From the IMG/VR virus record IMGVR_UViG_3300032321_001149, positions 1 through 25,564 of that record: a stretch of DNA of 25,564 bases. The stretch is one strand, 5' to 3'. The stretch comes from a virus. Its lineage: Duplodnaviria; Caudoviricetes. A program made the position numbers and the translations under genes. The notes below the pieces were generated by a model, which ran no database searches, had not been told where the DNA came from, and was given only the letters and a program-made list of their open reading frames with translations. This document shows positions 8,664 to 18,862 of this stretch, piece by piece; within the stretch, counting starts at the first letter, position 1, and every line of letters begins with the position of its first letter.

Positions 8664-9770
8664 ATGGCAGTATATAAAATCTTCCCAACACAAGATACAA
8701 CTTTATATTCTATGTATCCTGAAATGAATACAGGATTAGATGAAATATTAGAAGCATCTTTAGAAGTAGGAAATCTAGGAACACCTGCTCCCCAAGCAAG
8801 TCGTTTTCTAATTCAATTTGATTCAAGTGAAATAACAGATGTTATTAACAATAAAACATCCGGTTCACAATGGCAATCTAACTTAAAATGTTTAGTAGCT
8901 AATGTTACTGCTTTAAATACAACCACAACTATAAATGCATTTGCTGTATCCCAATCTTGGGATATGGGTACAGGAAGATTTGAAAATATTCCACAAACAC
9001 AAAATGGTGCTAGTTGGATATGGAAAAATTATCAAGGAGGAACTCGATGGACTACTAGTTCATTTGCAGCAGGATCAACAGGGTCTTACTCATCTTCGGT
9101 TTCACCGGGAGGAGGTACTTGGTATACAGCTAATTCATCATCAGCTACATTTGGATACTATACAGATAAAGATATTATTCTTGATACTACAAAAATTGTA
9201 ACTCAATGGTATAGTAGTTCTATTCCTAATAATGGATTCATTGTAAAACAAAAAGATGAATTTATGGATAATGAAAATACTCAACCTAAAATGAAGTATT
9301 TTTCAATTGATACTCATACAATTTACCCCCCATGTTTAGAATTTAAATGGGTAGATGCTACATTTAATACTGGATCTTCTACATTACCAATGATCCAGAA
9401 AACCCCACTTGTAGTAACTATAGGTGACAACCCAGGATATTTCTTCCCAGAAAGTATAAATCAATTCAGAGTATATTCAAGACCAGCATATCCTGATAGA
9501 ATATTTGCTACTGCTTCTTATTATACTCAAAACTTCTATTTACCAACAGCATCATATTATGCTATAAAGGATTTAGATACTAATGAATATGTAGTAGAAT
9601 TTGATCAAACATATACTAAATTAAGTATGGACGCTACAAGTAGTTTATTTACACTTTATATGGATGGATTACAACCAGAAAGATATTATAAAATTTTAAT
9701 TCAAACCACAGTAGATGGAAATACATTAGTATTAGATAATGATTATTACTTTAAAATAATTAATGGGTAA
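8664..9770 (+). CDS. Virion structural protein, DNRLRE-like beta-rich domain
   Basis: DTTLYS..P..NTG..EIL, SRFLIQFD, VSQSWDMG, PNNGFIVK, FS......PCLEFKW pattern; lies in the baseplate operon. Confidence 0.55.
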   Translation: MAVYKIFPTQDTTLYSMYPEMNTGLDEILEASLEVGNLGTPAPQASRFLIQFDSSEITDVINNKTSGSQWQSNLKCLVANVTALNTTTTINAFAVSQSWDMGTGRFENIPQTQNGASWIWKNYQGGTRWTTSSFAAGSTGSYSSSVSPGGGTWYTANSSSATFGYYTDKDIILDTTKIVTQWYSSSIPNNGFIVKQKDEFMDNENTQPKMKYFSIDTHTIYPPCLEFKWVDATFNTGSSTLPMIQKTPLVVTIGDNPGYFFPESINQFRVYSRPAYPDRIFATASYYTQNFYLPTASYYAIKDLDTNEYVVEFDQTYTKLSMDATSSLFTLYMDGLQPERYYKILIQTTVDGNTLVLDNDYYFKIING

Positions 9771-10120
9771 TGGAAACTGTAAATTTAAATAAAAGAACTT
9801 ACGCTAAAAGCCAGTATCAAAAAGTTATAGATACTAATTTTAATCAACTAGCACAATCACCATCTGTTACTAACCCAAATGTAGTAGTTCCTGCTATTTC
9901 AGTCGAAGAATTTTTTGCTAACTATGTTCAAATATTTTTTACAATACCTAAACTTGGAGCTACAAATTCTCATGAGTATCTTGCAAAAACAAGTTTAGAA
10001 TACATTGGAACAAATCCTGCAAGTGATGAGATAAATGCATTAATTGATGAAATTAATATATTACAACAACAAAATTTAGACCTTAATCAACAAATAATAG
10101 ACCTACAACTTCCTAAATAA
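9770..10120 (+). CDS. Hypothetical virion-associated protein with C-terminal coiled coil
   Basis: 116 aa, coupled by TAATG overlaps on both sides; EINALIDEINILQQQNLDLNQQI. Confidence 0.7.
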   Translation: METVNLNKRTYAKSQYQKVIDTNFNQLAQSPSVTNPNVVVPAISVEEFFANYVQIFFTIPKLGATNSHEYLAKTSLEYIGTNPASDEINALIDEINILQQQNLDLNQQIIDLQLPK

Positions 10121-12345
10121 TGGATAAAATAGTTAATATTCAAAATGTCGACCCAAACACATTTCAACTGCAAAATTATACTGCGGCTGATGATTCACTT
10201 ATATCATATTATACAGAAGAAGTAACTTTTGATCCAACCCAAGATTATTTAGAATATTTTATTTTAGATTTAAATAAAAATATATTATTTAGTAATGTTG
10301 CTGGTTATCCTAATTATAGAATTCATAATACTGAGATACTAATTGATCCCCAATCAGATTTAGAATTACATGGTTATGAAGATGGACAATATTATACAGT
10401 ATATAATTTTTTAAGACGAAAATTATCTTCATCTCCTAATAGTACATTATATATTCAAAGTATAAGTACTGATAGAACTGAAGTAAGATTAAATACTACA
10501 AGTATATCTAATTTAAATTTAATTACTTTAACAGATGAATTAGCAAAATCATTATCTGATCCATTAACTCAAGATGTTGATTTTTATTTAGATTTTGGAG
10601 ATAATAAATTAATAATTGCTAACAATATATTTTTAGATAATACTAATCCTAGTGACCCAACAGTATTAATTAAATTATACGAACCATTACCTGTTGAATT
10701 CATATTACAATCCCAATGTTGGATAGTACAACAAGTTGCCGAATCAAAAGCGTATCAAATTGAGTTAACAACGGTTTTTACATATACTGAACAACTTGAC
10801 TATATTAGTGGCCCTAATTTTAACTTAGCTGTACAAGACCAAATTAATAATTCTACAGCATATGTTAATCAAAATACATTACAACTAAATACTTCAACTG
10901 CTGGCTCAGGTAGTTTACTATACCAAATTAATAGTATACTAGCTGAAAAAGGCATCGAAATTAATATTGATTATTCAGATTATTCTCAATTTATACATTT
11001 TTCATCAGCACAAACTAGATTAGAAAATTTTTATTATAAATTATCATTAATTGAAAATTATACTGTTAATAGTAATAATTCAAACACAACAGCTACAAGT
11101 TCATTCTCTGCAGCTAATCAACAAATATGGAATACTAAAATAAATGATATTATAACTAATTTTGATGGTTATGAATATTACTTATATTATACTTCCGAAA
11201 GCCATGCTTGGCCTAAAACAAATAACACAGCACCATATACTAATTATTCAACAGGCTCAGCTACAGCAATTAATTGGTTTACCACTCAATCTATTTCTGC
11301 TTCATTTTTTGATTTAGAAAATAATGATGCTCTAATTAATACTATACCTACATACTTAAGAGAAGATCCAAACAATTCCCAATATGAGTTATTTACTCAA
11401 ATGATTGGACAAAATTTTGATGATGTTTGGGTTTATTTAAAAGATATTACTAGTAAATTTGATGCTGATAATAGATTAAATTATGGTATTTCAAAAGATA
11501 TGGTAGCGCAAGCTATTAGAGATTTAGGAGTAAAAATATACCAAAATAACTTTTCATCAACAGACATATACTCAGCGCTATTAGGCTTAACTCCATCAGG
11601 TAGTAATTTTAATGTACCTAATATTACTGGATCCTTACCTACACCTTCTGGATTAGAATATATAAATACATTCGTTACAGCGTCAGATCCAAATGCTCTC
11701 GAACCTTTGGATGACGTTAATAAAGAAATTTATAAGCGCATTTATCACAACTTACCTTACTTACTTAAGAAAAAAGGAACAGTTGAAGGTTTAAGAACAT
11801 TAGTTAATATATATGGTATTCCTGACAGTATAGTTCGTATAAATGAATTTGGAGGTAAATCAACAACCGTTTCTAACAATTATGATAATTTTCAAAACCA
11901 ATTTAATTATGGGTTTTATACTACCGGTTCAGGATATGTTCAAAAAACACTTTATAATGTACCTTCATTCGCAACTGCATCTTTTACAATTGAATTTAGA
12001 TTTAAAACAGAAGGTATTCCTATAAATTCAGGTAGTTTAAATCAAATATTAGCTTATGCTCCAGAAAATAATCTAGCATTAGTACTAGAATATACTGGTT
12101 CAGGTTATACTACTGGTTCATATAGTGGTGCCCCTGTAAACCCATATAACGAATATGGGACTTTAAAATTTATAGATTTATCGAATAATTCTTCATCAAG
12201 TTTATACTTACCATTTTTTGATGGTGGTTGGTGGTCAGTAATGTATAATGCTGGTTCTTATATACTTAATGATAATTGGATATTATATAATGGGTTTTGG
12301 AATGATCCAAATATATGGAAAGATAGTAGCTTTTGGATCGATTAA
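10120..12345 (+). CDS. Baseplate wedge protein (gp7/P2 gpI-like) with the N-terminal part of a LamG-like domain
   Basis: IPTYLRED...FTQMIGQNFD...YLLKKKGTVEGLRTLVNIYG (KGT motif of gp7/gpI-like proteins); TIEFRFKT...FFDGGWWSVM is LamG-like. Confidence 0.6.
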   Translation: MDKIVNIQNVDPNTFQLQNYTAADDSLISYYTEEVTFDPTQDYLEYFILDLNKNILFSNVAGYPNYRIHNTEILIDPQSDLELHGYEDGQYYTVYNFLRRKLSSSPNSTLYIQSISTDRTEVRLNTTSISNLNLITLTDELAKSLSDPLTQDVDFYLDFGDNKLIIANNIFLDNTNPSDPTVLIKLYEPLPVEFILQSQCWIVQQVAESKAYQIELTTVFTYTEQLDYISGPNFNLAVQDQINNSTAYVNQNTLQLNTSTAGSGSLLYQINSILAEKGIEINIDYSDYSQFIHFSSAQTRLENFYYKLSLIENYTVNSNNSNTTATSSFSAANQQIWNTKINDIITNFDGYEYYLYYTSESHAWPKTNNTAPYTNYSTGSATAINWFTTQSISASFFDLENNDALINTIPTYLREDPNNSQYELFTQMIGQNFDDVWVYLKDITSKFDADNRLNYGISKDMVAQAIRDLGVKIYQNNFSSTDIYSALLGLTPSGSNFNVPNITGSLPTPSGLEYINTFVTASDPNALEPLDDVNKEIYKRIYHNLPYLLKKKGTVEGLRTLVNIYGIPDSIVRINEFGGKSTTVSNNYDNFQNQFNYGFYTTGSGYVQKTLYNVPSFATASFTIEFRFKTEGIPINSGSLNQILAYAPENNLALVLEYTGSGYTTGSYSGAPVNPYNEYGTLKFIDLSNNSSSSLYLPFFDGGWWSVMYNAGSYILNDNWILYNGFWNDPNIWKDSSFWID

Positions 12346-12354
12346 ATATTTATA
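12346..12354 (+). promoter_or_regulatory. Class II (late-like) motif ATATTTATA, overlapping a 16-bp palindrome TATTTATATATAAATA (12347-12362)
   Basis: In the 18-nt gap before ORF 12364. Confidence 0.6.
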
Positions 12355-12363
12355 TATAAATAA

Positions 12364-13392
12364 ATGGGACTTTTATACGCTAAAAATAAAATATATGATG
12401 GTTATGATGGTAATACTATAGGGTTTCAAGCATCTTCAAGTTTTACATCTTCTGCTTTTTCAACAATATCAAACGGAGTATTTTGTCTTTCATCTCCATC
12501 ATCTCTACTTATAGCAGGTAAAACATATAATCCATTTAGTGGTTCATTTCAAGAATTAAGATTCTATAAAGTCAATTTAGCTGAAAGCAAATTTGATGAT
12601 TATGTAATGAATCCTTATTCAATAGAAGGAAATGAAATTATTGGAGGTGGAAGTGCCTTAAATTCATTAATATTTAGAGCACCATTAGGAACAGTACTAG
12701 ATAATGGATCTGATACAACAAGAACTTCAATTCATCCATCCATTACTTCATATCCTCCCACTCAATCATTTGTTACAGCTGGAACTAGTACATATACATT
12801 AAATGGTGACTATTCATTCGTACCACAAAACGAAATAATATACCAAGATCAGTTTCATACTGGTGTTAAAAATGCAGTATCCGAAAAAATTAGAATAATT
12901 AGTTCATCATTACCATCAGGAAATACTTTATCTCCATACATTTCAATTCAACAACAAACTACATTAAATGAAACATTTACTAAAGATATTAATTACGTTG
13001 AAGTAGCATTTTCACCTCAAGATGAAGTTAACGATGATATTATATCTCAGCTTGGCTCATTCAATATAGGTAATTATATTGGTGATCCGAGACAAATATC
13101 TTCTTCATTAACATATTATCCCGATTTTAATGCGTTAAGAGATGAATATTTTTCTAAATATACTAGTAATTACAATTTATGGGATTATATAAGATTAATT
13201 AAATTTTACGATAATTCATTGTTTAAAATGATTCAAGATTTTACACCAGCAAGAGCAGGTTTAGCAACTGGAATAGTTATAAAACAAACAATGTTAGAAA
13301 GAAATAAATACCCATTACCACAGACTACTATCAATAACACAATAGCATTTGTAGGTAGTCCAACAACAAAAACAATTAATATAGCATATTAA
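12364..13392 (+). CDS. Virion structural protein, apparent C-terminal continuation of the upstream baseplate/LamG protein
   Basis: Same reading frame as 10120..12345; FSGSFQELRFY is the typical closing strand of LamG domains; ends with FTPARAGLATGIVI. Confidence 0.6.
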   Translation: MGLLYAKNKIYDGYDGNTIGFQASSSFTSSAFSTISNGVFCLSSPSSLLIAGKTYNPFSGSFQELRFYKVNLAESKFDDYVMNPYSIEGNEIIGGGSALNSLIFRAPLGTVLDNGSDTTRTSIHPSITSYPPTQSFVTAGTSTYTLNGDYSFVPQNEIIYQDQFHTGVKNAVSEKIRIISSSLPSGNTLSPYISIQQQTTLNETFTKDINYVEVAFSPQDEVNDDIISQLGSFNIGNYIGDPRQISSSLTYYPDFNALRDEYFSKYTSNYNLWDYIRLIKFYDNSLFKMIQDFTPARAGLATGIVIKQTMLERNKYPLPQTTINNTIAFVGSPTTKTINIAY

Positions 13393-16238
13393 TGGCATTA
13401 CAGAATATCATAATAACAGGATCAATAGGAACTTACCCTACTTTATCTTATGGACAAAAAATGTATGTTTCATCAACTGATGAAGAGTCGTTTCCAATAG
13501 AAGAAGTAATAGGAAGTAACGGAGGTTCAATGCCTAATTTATTTGGACAAACAACTTCATCAAATCTATTTTCACCAATAAATCAACAGTGGTCAGGTTC
13601 AATACTTACTCCTGTAGGAATGGTTGATTATATTCACTCATCTCAGGATGAATTTATAAATGGAGAACTTAGTGGTTCAGTATTAGAAGTTTCTCATCAA
13701 CGTTTAGTTGATGCACAATGCGAAACATATTTAAAAGTTAGTACTGTACCAACATATTATAAACCATTTATATATAATGCAGTTGATACTCCACTTAGTA
13801 TGGGGGATTTTTTAAATCCAGTCACTTCACCAAACAACGGAGAAATATATATTTTTGATAATAAAATTATTACTAAAGAAAAAGCACTTCCTGGAGTTCC
13901 AGGAGTAACAGAATATACATTCAAAGGAAGTATTAATTATATTAAAGTAAATAGATTTGATGTTAGTGGTGCTAATAATACTTTATCATTACAAGAATTA
14001 ACTAATCTAAGAATTAAATTCTCAGATTTAGGAATTGTAGATTTTCCAATACTTACAATTACCGAATATCCAACATATTACTTATACTTAGTAAATAAAC
14101 CTATTACATATACAAATCCTTATATATCATACTATTATCCATTTTTTCCTACACCTGCAGGACCAACTCCACCCGCAACTCCATATACTATAGATAATAA
14201 TGTTTTATTACATCAGTTTGTTGCCTCAGATCCATTAGGATACTATCTAGACCCATCTTTATCACCAATCCAAGATGGAACATCATTAACAGTATCAATA
14301 GATAATAATTCATGTTTTAATCCTACTACCGGAAACTATACTTTTAAAGATACACCTAATATATTAATAACATTCACAGGATCTACAACATTTGATACTG
14401 GAATGGATGGATATATTGGTCTTTATCAAAACGGTTCAAACACACCATCAGGTCCATTTTACCCAGTTATTGTTCGTGCAGAATCATTTACATCAGGTTA
14501 TCAACAAATTACTGGTTCTTTTGTTCCAATAGAAGGGAATATTTATTCATTTCGTATAATCAATGAAGGCTCATCAGGAGTTACTTCTACTAATATGAAA
14601 TGGGTATTTTCTCAATCTATAGTTCCTTACACCTCATCTAATTTAACAATTTTAGAACCATATTTAACATCTAATTTTTACTATAGTGATTGTAATGCTT
14701 TATATGGTAATGCTTTAAATTTAGAATATGATAGTGCTTTTTATCAAGTAAATTATGATAATGGGTCAGTAATACCTTCAAATCAAGCTCAAATATTAGC
14801 AGGTACAGCTGAAATTGCTCCTGTAAAATCATATAATTATGCTGCAAGAGCCCAAATATATCCTAGATATGTGGGAACTAAAGTAGTACAACAACAGATG
14901 AATGTATGGACTGAAGGAGATATAGCTCCGAGTAAAACCCCTTCAGTACAATCTTTAGGAACATACTTTGCATATTTTGAATTTGCAGGAGGAACAAACC
15001 CAGAACTTTTAAATAAACGAGGATTTAAAATAAAATTTTTAATTGACGCTTCAGGAAGTATTTATCAACCTACATTAGATAGTAGTGTTCCATATTATAG
15101 TAATTTAATAGATTCATTCCCAGGAACCCAAAATGTAAGTATTGCTCCATATTCATCTGTAGGTGATGTATCACAAATTCAAGGAATTCATAGTGTTCTC
15201 CAACCAGGTGTTGTTCCAAAACCAGTATTTTATTCACAAATTACTAGCTATAACATTTCAGCTTCATCAATAATATTTGGTGGTACAACAGGAGTTCCAA
15301 ATTATGGATCAAGCGTATCATTTCCAACACTTTCATATAATACACCTGACTATACTAATATTTTAGATTCAACTGCACTCCCTACACTTACTTTATTATC
15401 ACCTGATGTACAATGGAATAGTAGTACATACCCGGATAGAAATTTTGAAATAATTAACTCTACAGCCGCAACTCAATTAGTTCCTACTTTAAATATAATA
15501 TTATCACTTCAATATGCCTCAGTATCAGTTGTATACGCAACTCTATCTATTCTTAAAGAATCAGGAGGTACTTGGTCAGTTATAAAAACACAAATTATTG
15601 CATTGCATAACGATACTGTACTTGCTCCACAACTACATACAATAGTTGCTCCTCCCCAAGTTATAAATGCTACTGACAAATATCGAGTTACCATATCCAC
15701 CACATTCCCACCATCTATAGGAATTCCTTACCAAAGTGGAGGTACATTTTCTTTAAATCAAACAACACCACCATCTTCAGTAACATTAACTGCTCCATTT
15801 TGGACAACAGGATCATCATCACGTAATGTATTAACTGGTTCAACACAAATAAATTCAAGTGTATATGGTTTAACCCAAGATACAATTTCTGGTTCAGGAT
15901 ATTCAGATTCAATACCATTTACTGTACAACGATTAGATCAAATTAGATTTTCGGCTGATGAAAATCAAGTATATCAAGTATTAAATGTTGTAAGTCCACT
16001 TGAAAGTGTTGATGGTAGACTTTATTTGACATTAGATAGAAATATAGCTAACGGAACTAATTTAAAATCATTTTTTCTAAGAAGAATGTACCCTGATCCC
16101 ACATTTGTACTAATGAATGTGCCAGCAGCAGGAGGAGGATTGTCAGGATTTATATATCCTCAATATATGACAAAAGATTTAACAAATAATTTATCTTCAA
16201 TTATCACTGATCTTCAACAAAAGAACTTAATTCAATAA
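13392..16238 (+). CDS. Large Ser/Thr-rich virion structural protein (tail fibre/baseplate appendage-like)
   Basis: 948 aa, beta-rich, low charge, many S/T-G-S motifs, Pro-rich insert PTPAGPTPPATP; within the tail module. Confidence 0.6.
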   Translation: MALQNIIITGSIGTYPTLSYGQKMYVSSTDEESFPIEEVIGSNGGSMPNLFGQTTSSNLFSPINQQWSGSILTPVGMVDYIHSSQDEFINGELSGSVLEVSHQRLVDAQCETYLKVSTVPTYYKPFIYNAVDTPLSMGDFLNPVTSPNNGEIYIFDNKIITKEKALPGVPGVTEYTFKGSINYIKVNRFDVSGANNTLSLQELTNLRIKFSDLGIVDFPILTITEYPTYYLYLVNKPITYTNPYISYYYPFFPTPAGPTPPATPYTIDNNVLLHQFVASDPLGYYLDPSLSPIQDGTSLTVSIDNNSCFNPTTGNYTFKDTPNILITFTGSTTFDTGMDGYIGLYQNGSNTPSGPFYPVIVRAESFTSGYQQITGSFVPIEGNIYSFRIINEGSSGVTSTNMKWVFSQSIVPYTSSNLTILEPYLTSNFYYSDCNALYGNALNLEYDSAFYQVNYDNGSVIPSNQAQILAGTAEIAPVKSYNYAARAQIYPRYVGTKVVQQQMNVWTEGDIAPSKTPSVQSLGTYFAYFEFAGGTNPELLNKRGFKIKFLIDASGSIYQPTLDSSVPYYSNLIDSFPGTQNVSIAPYSSVGDVSQIQGIHSVLQPGVVPKPVFYSQITSYNISASSIIFGGTTGVPNYGSSVSFPTLSYNTPDYTNILDSTALPTLTLLSPDVQWNSSTYPDRNFEIINSTAATQLVPTLNIILSLQYASVSVVYATLSILKESGGTWSVIKTQIIALHNDTVLAPQLHTIVAPPQVINATDKYRVTISTTFPPSIGIPYQSGGTFSLNQTTPPSSVTLTAPFWTTGSSSRNVLTGSTQINSSVYGLTQDTISGSGYSDSIPFTVQRLDQIRFSADENQVYQVLNVVSPLESVDGRLYLTLDRNIANGTNLKSFFLRRMYPDPTFVLMNVPAAGGGLSGFIYPQYMTKDLTNNLSSIITDLQQKNLIQ

Positions 16239-16246
16239 TATTTATA
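16238..16246 (+). promoter_or_regulatory. Class II (late-like) motif ATATTTATA
   Basis: At the gene junction, 17 nt before ORF 16264. Confidence 0.65.
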
Positions 16247-16263
16247 ATAAAAATCAATAAAAA

Positions 16264-16920
16264 ATGGGATACTTAAATAATAGCGTAGTAACAGTAGACG
16301 CAATTTTAACAACAAAAGGAAGACAATTATTAGCACAAAATAATGGATCTTTTAAAATTACTCAATTTGCATTGGCAGATGATGAAGTAAATTATACATT
16401 ATATAATCCAAACCACCCATCAGGTTCTGCATATTATGGTGAAGCAATTCAAAATATGCCATTATTGGAAGCATTTCCTCAAGAAACACAAATCATGAAA
16501 TATAAATTAGTTACGTTACCAAGAGGAACAGCTAAATTACCAATTCTAGATTTAGGTTACTCAGCAATTGTAATTAAACAAGGTGCTTCATTAGCTATTA
16601 CTCCTCAAACATTAAATTACTTTGGTGGAAATACTTATGAAACAGCTGGTTACACAGCAACTATTTCTGATGTACGTTTATTTAATACATTTGAAGGTGT
16701 AGGTATTAATACCCCAGCAGCTTTAGCATTAAATACAACTCAAACATTGGGTACAAACGTTTCTAAAACTGTAGTTGGAACTACTATTAATATTAGAGCA
16801 ACAACGTTAAACACGTTATTTGGTTCTTCTACTACTACATTACAAGCTACATTAACTGTAGAAGGTAGAGATAGTGGAGCTAGATTAACAATCCCAGTAA
16901 CTATAACTAAAATATCATAA
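16264..16920 (+). CDS. Virion structural protein, tail-collar fibre (DUF3751)-like N-terminus
   Basis: AILTTKGRQLLAQ...FKITQFALADD resembles ILT..G...LA......IT..A.GDG of tail-collar fibre proteins. Confidence 0.55.
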   Translation: MGYLNNSVVTVDAILTTKGRQLLAQNNGSFKITQFALADDEVNYTLYNPNHPSGSAYYGEAIQNMPLLEAFPQETQIMKYKLVTLPRGTAKLPILDLGYSAIVIKQGASLAITPQTLNYFGGNTYETAGYTATISDVRLFNTFEGVGINTPAALALNTTQTLGTNVSKTVVGTTINIRATTLNTLFGSSTTTLQATLTVEGRDSGARLTIPVTITKIS

Positions 16921-16941
16921 AATAAATTAATATAAAATAAT

Positions 16942-17946
16942 ATGTCATTTAATCGTTTAGCACCTGAAGATTTTGTAGTAAGTTCTGATTCAATCACCGC
17001 AGCATTGTGGTCTGGAGGAGCAGTATCTTTATCTACAACATATACTTCATCTACTCAAGAAGCAGGATCTTCTGGGGATTTTTATTTAAATGTTTACCAA
17101 ACGTCCTCAGCTGCAGCAGAAGTACAATTTGCAATTGCTTATGGTAATCAAGTAGGTAGTGGAAGTTCTTGGTACAACTCAGCAGTCCCAGGAATGTCTC
17201 CAACAAAAACTACTTATGGTCAATATCAAGTTTTAGTATTAGGAGATGAAAATGCTCAATTTGTATTTGGAGGTGTTACATCTTCAGAATTTTGGGTTAT
17301 TTCGGTTGATAGAACTCGTTATAAAGAAAGTTTATTACCTGGTTCTATGGCATTAGTACTATCAGGAAGTACAGGTAAAATTACATTAACAGATAATAGT
17401 CAAGTTGCTCCATCAGTAGTATTTAATGAAGCAGGTAGAGTATATCAATTAGTAAGTGGTTCTCAAGGATCAGTTAATACATCAGTTACTACTACAGGAT
17501 ACAGTTCAACTCAAGGATCTTATGGATGGTTATTACCAGATATTGGAACTATTATTTTAAATCCAAAAGCATTAAACCAAACAATAGGTTTAACATCAAA
17601 TAAAACATCAAATTCTGATGGTTATAATTATAGATTATTATACTCAGCCATTAATGGTGCTACCGCAAAATCATTTTATTTAAATAGTCAAGAAACAATA
17701 TCCTCAGATTATATATTTATTAGAGCTAGAAATGCTGAATTTAACTACTCAGAAAACCCAAGTTTCATATCAGGAAGTACAGGTGAAGTTATATTTAACT
17801 CATTTATTAACAACCCACAAACATATCCTACAACAATTGGATTATATAACGATACAAACGAATTATTAGCAGTTGCTAAACTTTCAAGACCATTATTAAA
17901 AGATTTTACAAAAGAAGCATTAGTAAGAGTTAAATTAGATTTCTAA
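16942..17946 (+). CDS. Virion structural (tail/baseplate) protein, paralog A
   Basis: C-terminal EFNYSENPS...YPTTIGLYNDTNELLAVAKLSRPLLK...VKLDF, shared with the next gene. Confidence 0.6.
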   Translation: MSFNRLAPEDFVVSSDSITAALWSGGAVSLSTTYTSSTQEAGSSGDFYLNVYQTSSAAAEVQFAIAYGNQVGSGSSWYNSAVPGMSPTKTTYGQYQVLVLGDENAQFVFGGVTSSEFWVISVDRTRYKESLLPGSMALVLSGSTGKITLTDNSQVAPSVVFNEAGRVYQLVSGSQGSVNTSVTTTGYSSTQGSYGWLLPDIGTIILNPKALNQTIGLTSNKTSNSDGYNYRLLYSAINGATAKSFYLNSQETISSDYIFIRARNAEFNYSENPSFISGSTGEVIFNSFINNPQTYPTTIGLYNDTNELLAVAKLSRPLLKDFTKEALVRVKLDF

Positions 17947-17951
17947 AATGA

Positions 17952-18857
17952 ATGGGCGCTTACAAACAATTTTTAGCTTCAGATATAATAGTTACTCCAT
18001 TTGAGGTAAATAAAGGATTCATATTTAATGGATCCGAATTTACTAATTCAAGTGTGTCAATAGATAGATTTTTAGGAAAGAATATTACAACCCCAATATT
18101 TAATCCATTATCTGATCCAACAACTGGTTATATATCTACTCAATACCAACGACTAGTATATAGTTCAATACAGGAACTTTACTATTCTAATTATTTGAGT
18201 TCAAGCTATGGAGATATAGTTAATAGACCAGTATTAATACCTGGTAAAGATACGGAAGGAGATAGATTAATAGGTTCATCAAGTAATCCATCTTATGATA
18301 ATTACTTACAAACTACATTAACATATCCTAAATTTTTCCCAACTGCATCTAATGCTTTAATTGGAGTTATATCAATACCAGTTGGATTATTTGGAGATTA
18401 TATTCAACCAAATTCATTTACATTTATTACTCCATTAGGACAATTAACAGATGATGGAGAAGGAAATGTTTTATCTAACGGAAACATAGTAGGAAACATA
18501 TTTTATCCTCATGGACTTATTACTGTAACATCAGCATCTGATAGTACTATAAATGATTTTATAACTTCAACATATGCAACTTGTTCATTTTTAAGTTCAT
18601 TTAAAATCCAAGAAACACAATATAAATGTACTATTAGACAAAATGAATTTAGTTTTACTTTAAACCCAAGTGTAGTATCTAGTAGTGCTGATGGCACGTT
18701 ATATGGATTTATAACTGGATCAAATTTTTCACCTTACATTACTACAGTAGGTCTATATGATGAAATGCAAAATTTATTAGCAATAGGTAAATTAGCTCAA
18801 CCATTACCTTCCTCCCCAACAACAGATACAACAATATTAATTAATCTGGATAGATAA
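17952..18857 (+). CDS. Virion structural (tail/baseplate) protein, paralog B
   Basis: C-terminal EFSFTLNPS...YITTVGLYDEMQNLLAIGKLAQPLP...INLDR. Confidence 0.6.
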   Translation: MGAYKQFLASDIIVTPFEVNKGFIFNGSEFTNSSVSIDRFLGKNITTPIFNPLSDPTTGYISTQYQRLVYSSIQELYYSNYLSSSYGDIVNRPVLIPGKDTEGDRLIGSSSNPSYDNYLQTTLTYPKFFPTASNALIGVISIPVGLFGDYIQPNSFTFITPLGQLTDDGEGNVLSNGNIVGNIFYPHGLITVTSASDSTINDFITSTYATCSFLSSFKIQETQYKCTIRQNEFSFTLNPSVVSSSADGTLYGFITGSNFSPYITTVGLYDEMQNLLAIGKLAQPLPSSPTTDTTILINLDR

Positions 18858-18862
18858 AATTT

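Noticed and set aside
12343-12363. Stop-codon readthrough or sequencing error joining ORFs 10120 and 12364
   Set aside because: There are two in-frame TAA stops plus a promoter motif and a new ATG; a single error or readthrough event cannot explain this
13392-16238. Diversity-generating retroelement target or tandem repeats in the large tail protein
   Set aside because: I saw no reverse transcriptase or template/variable repeat pair; the Pro-rich stretch is short low-complexity sequence
2786-18857. Extracellular contractile injection system, T6SS or tailocin instead of phage
   Set aside because: The flanking primase, exonuclease, gp55-like sigma and GIY-YIG genes, and the absence of host housekeeping genes, fit a large lytic phage; capsid genes are presumably outside the window
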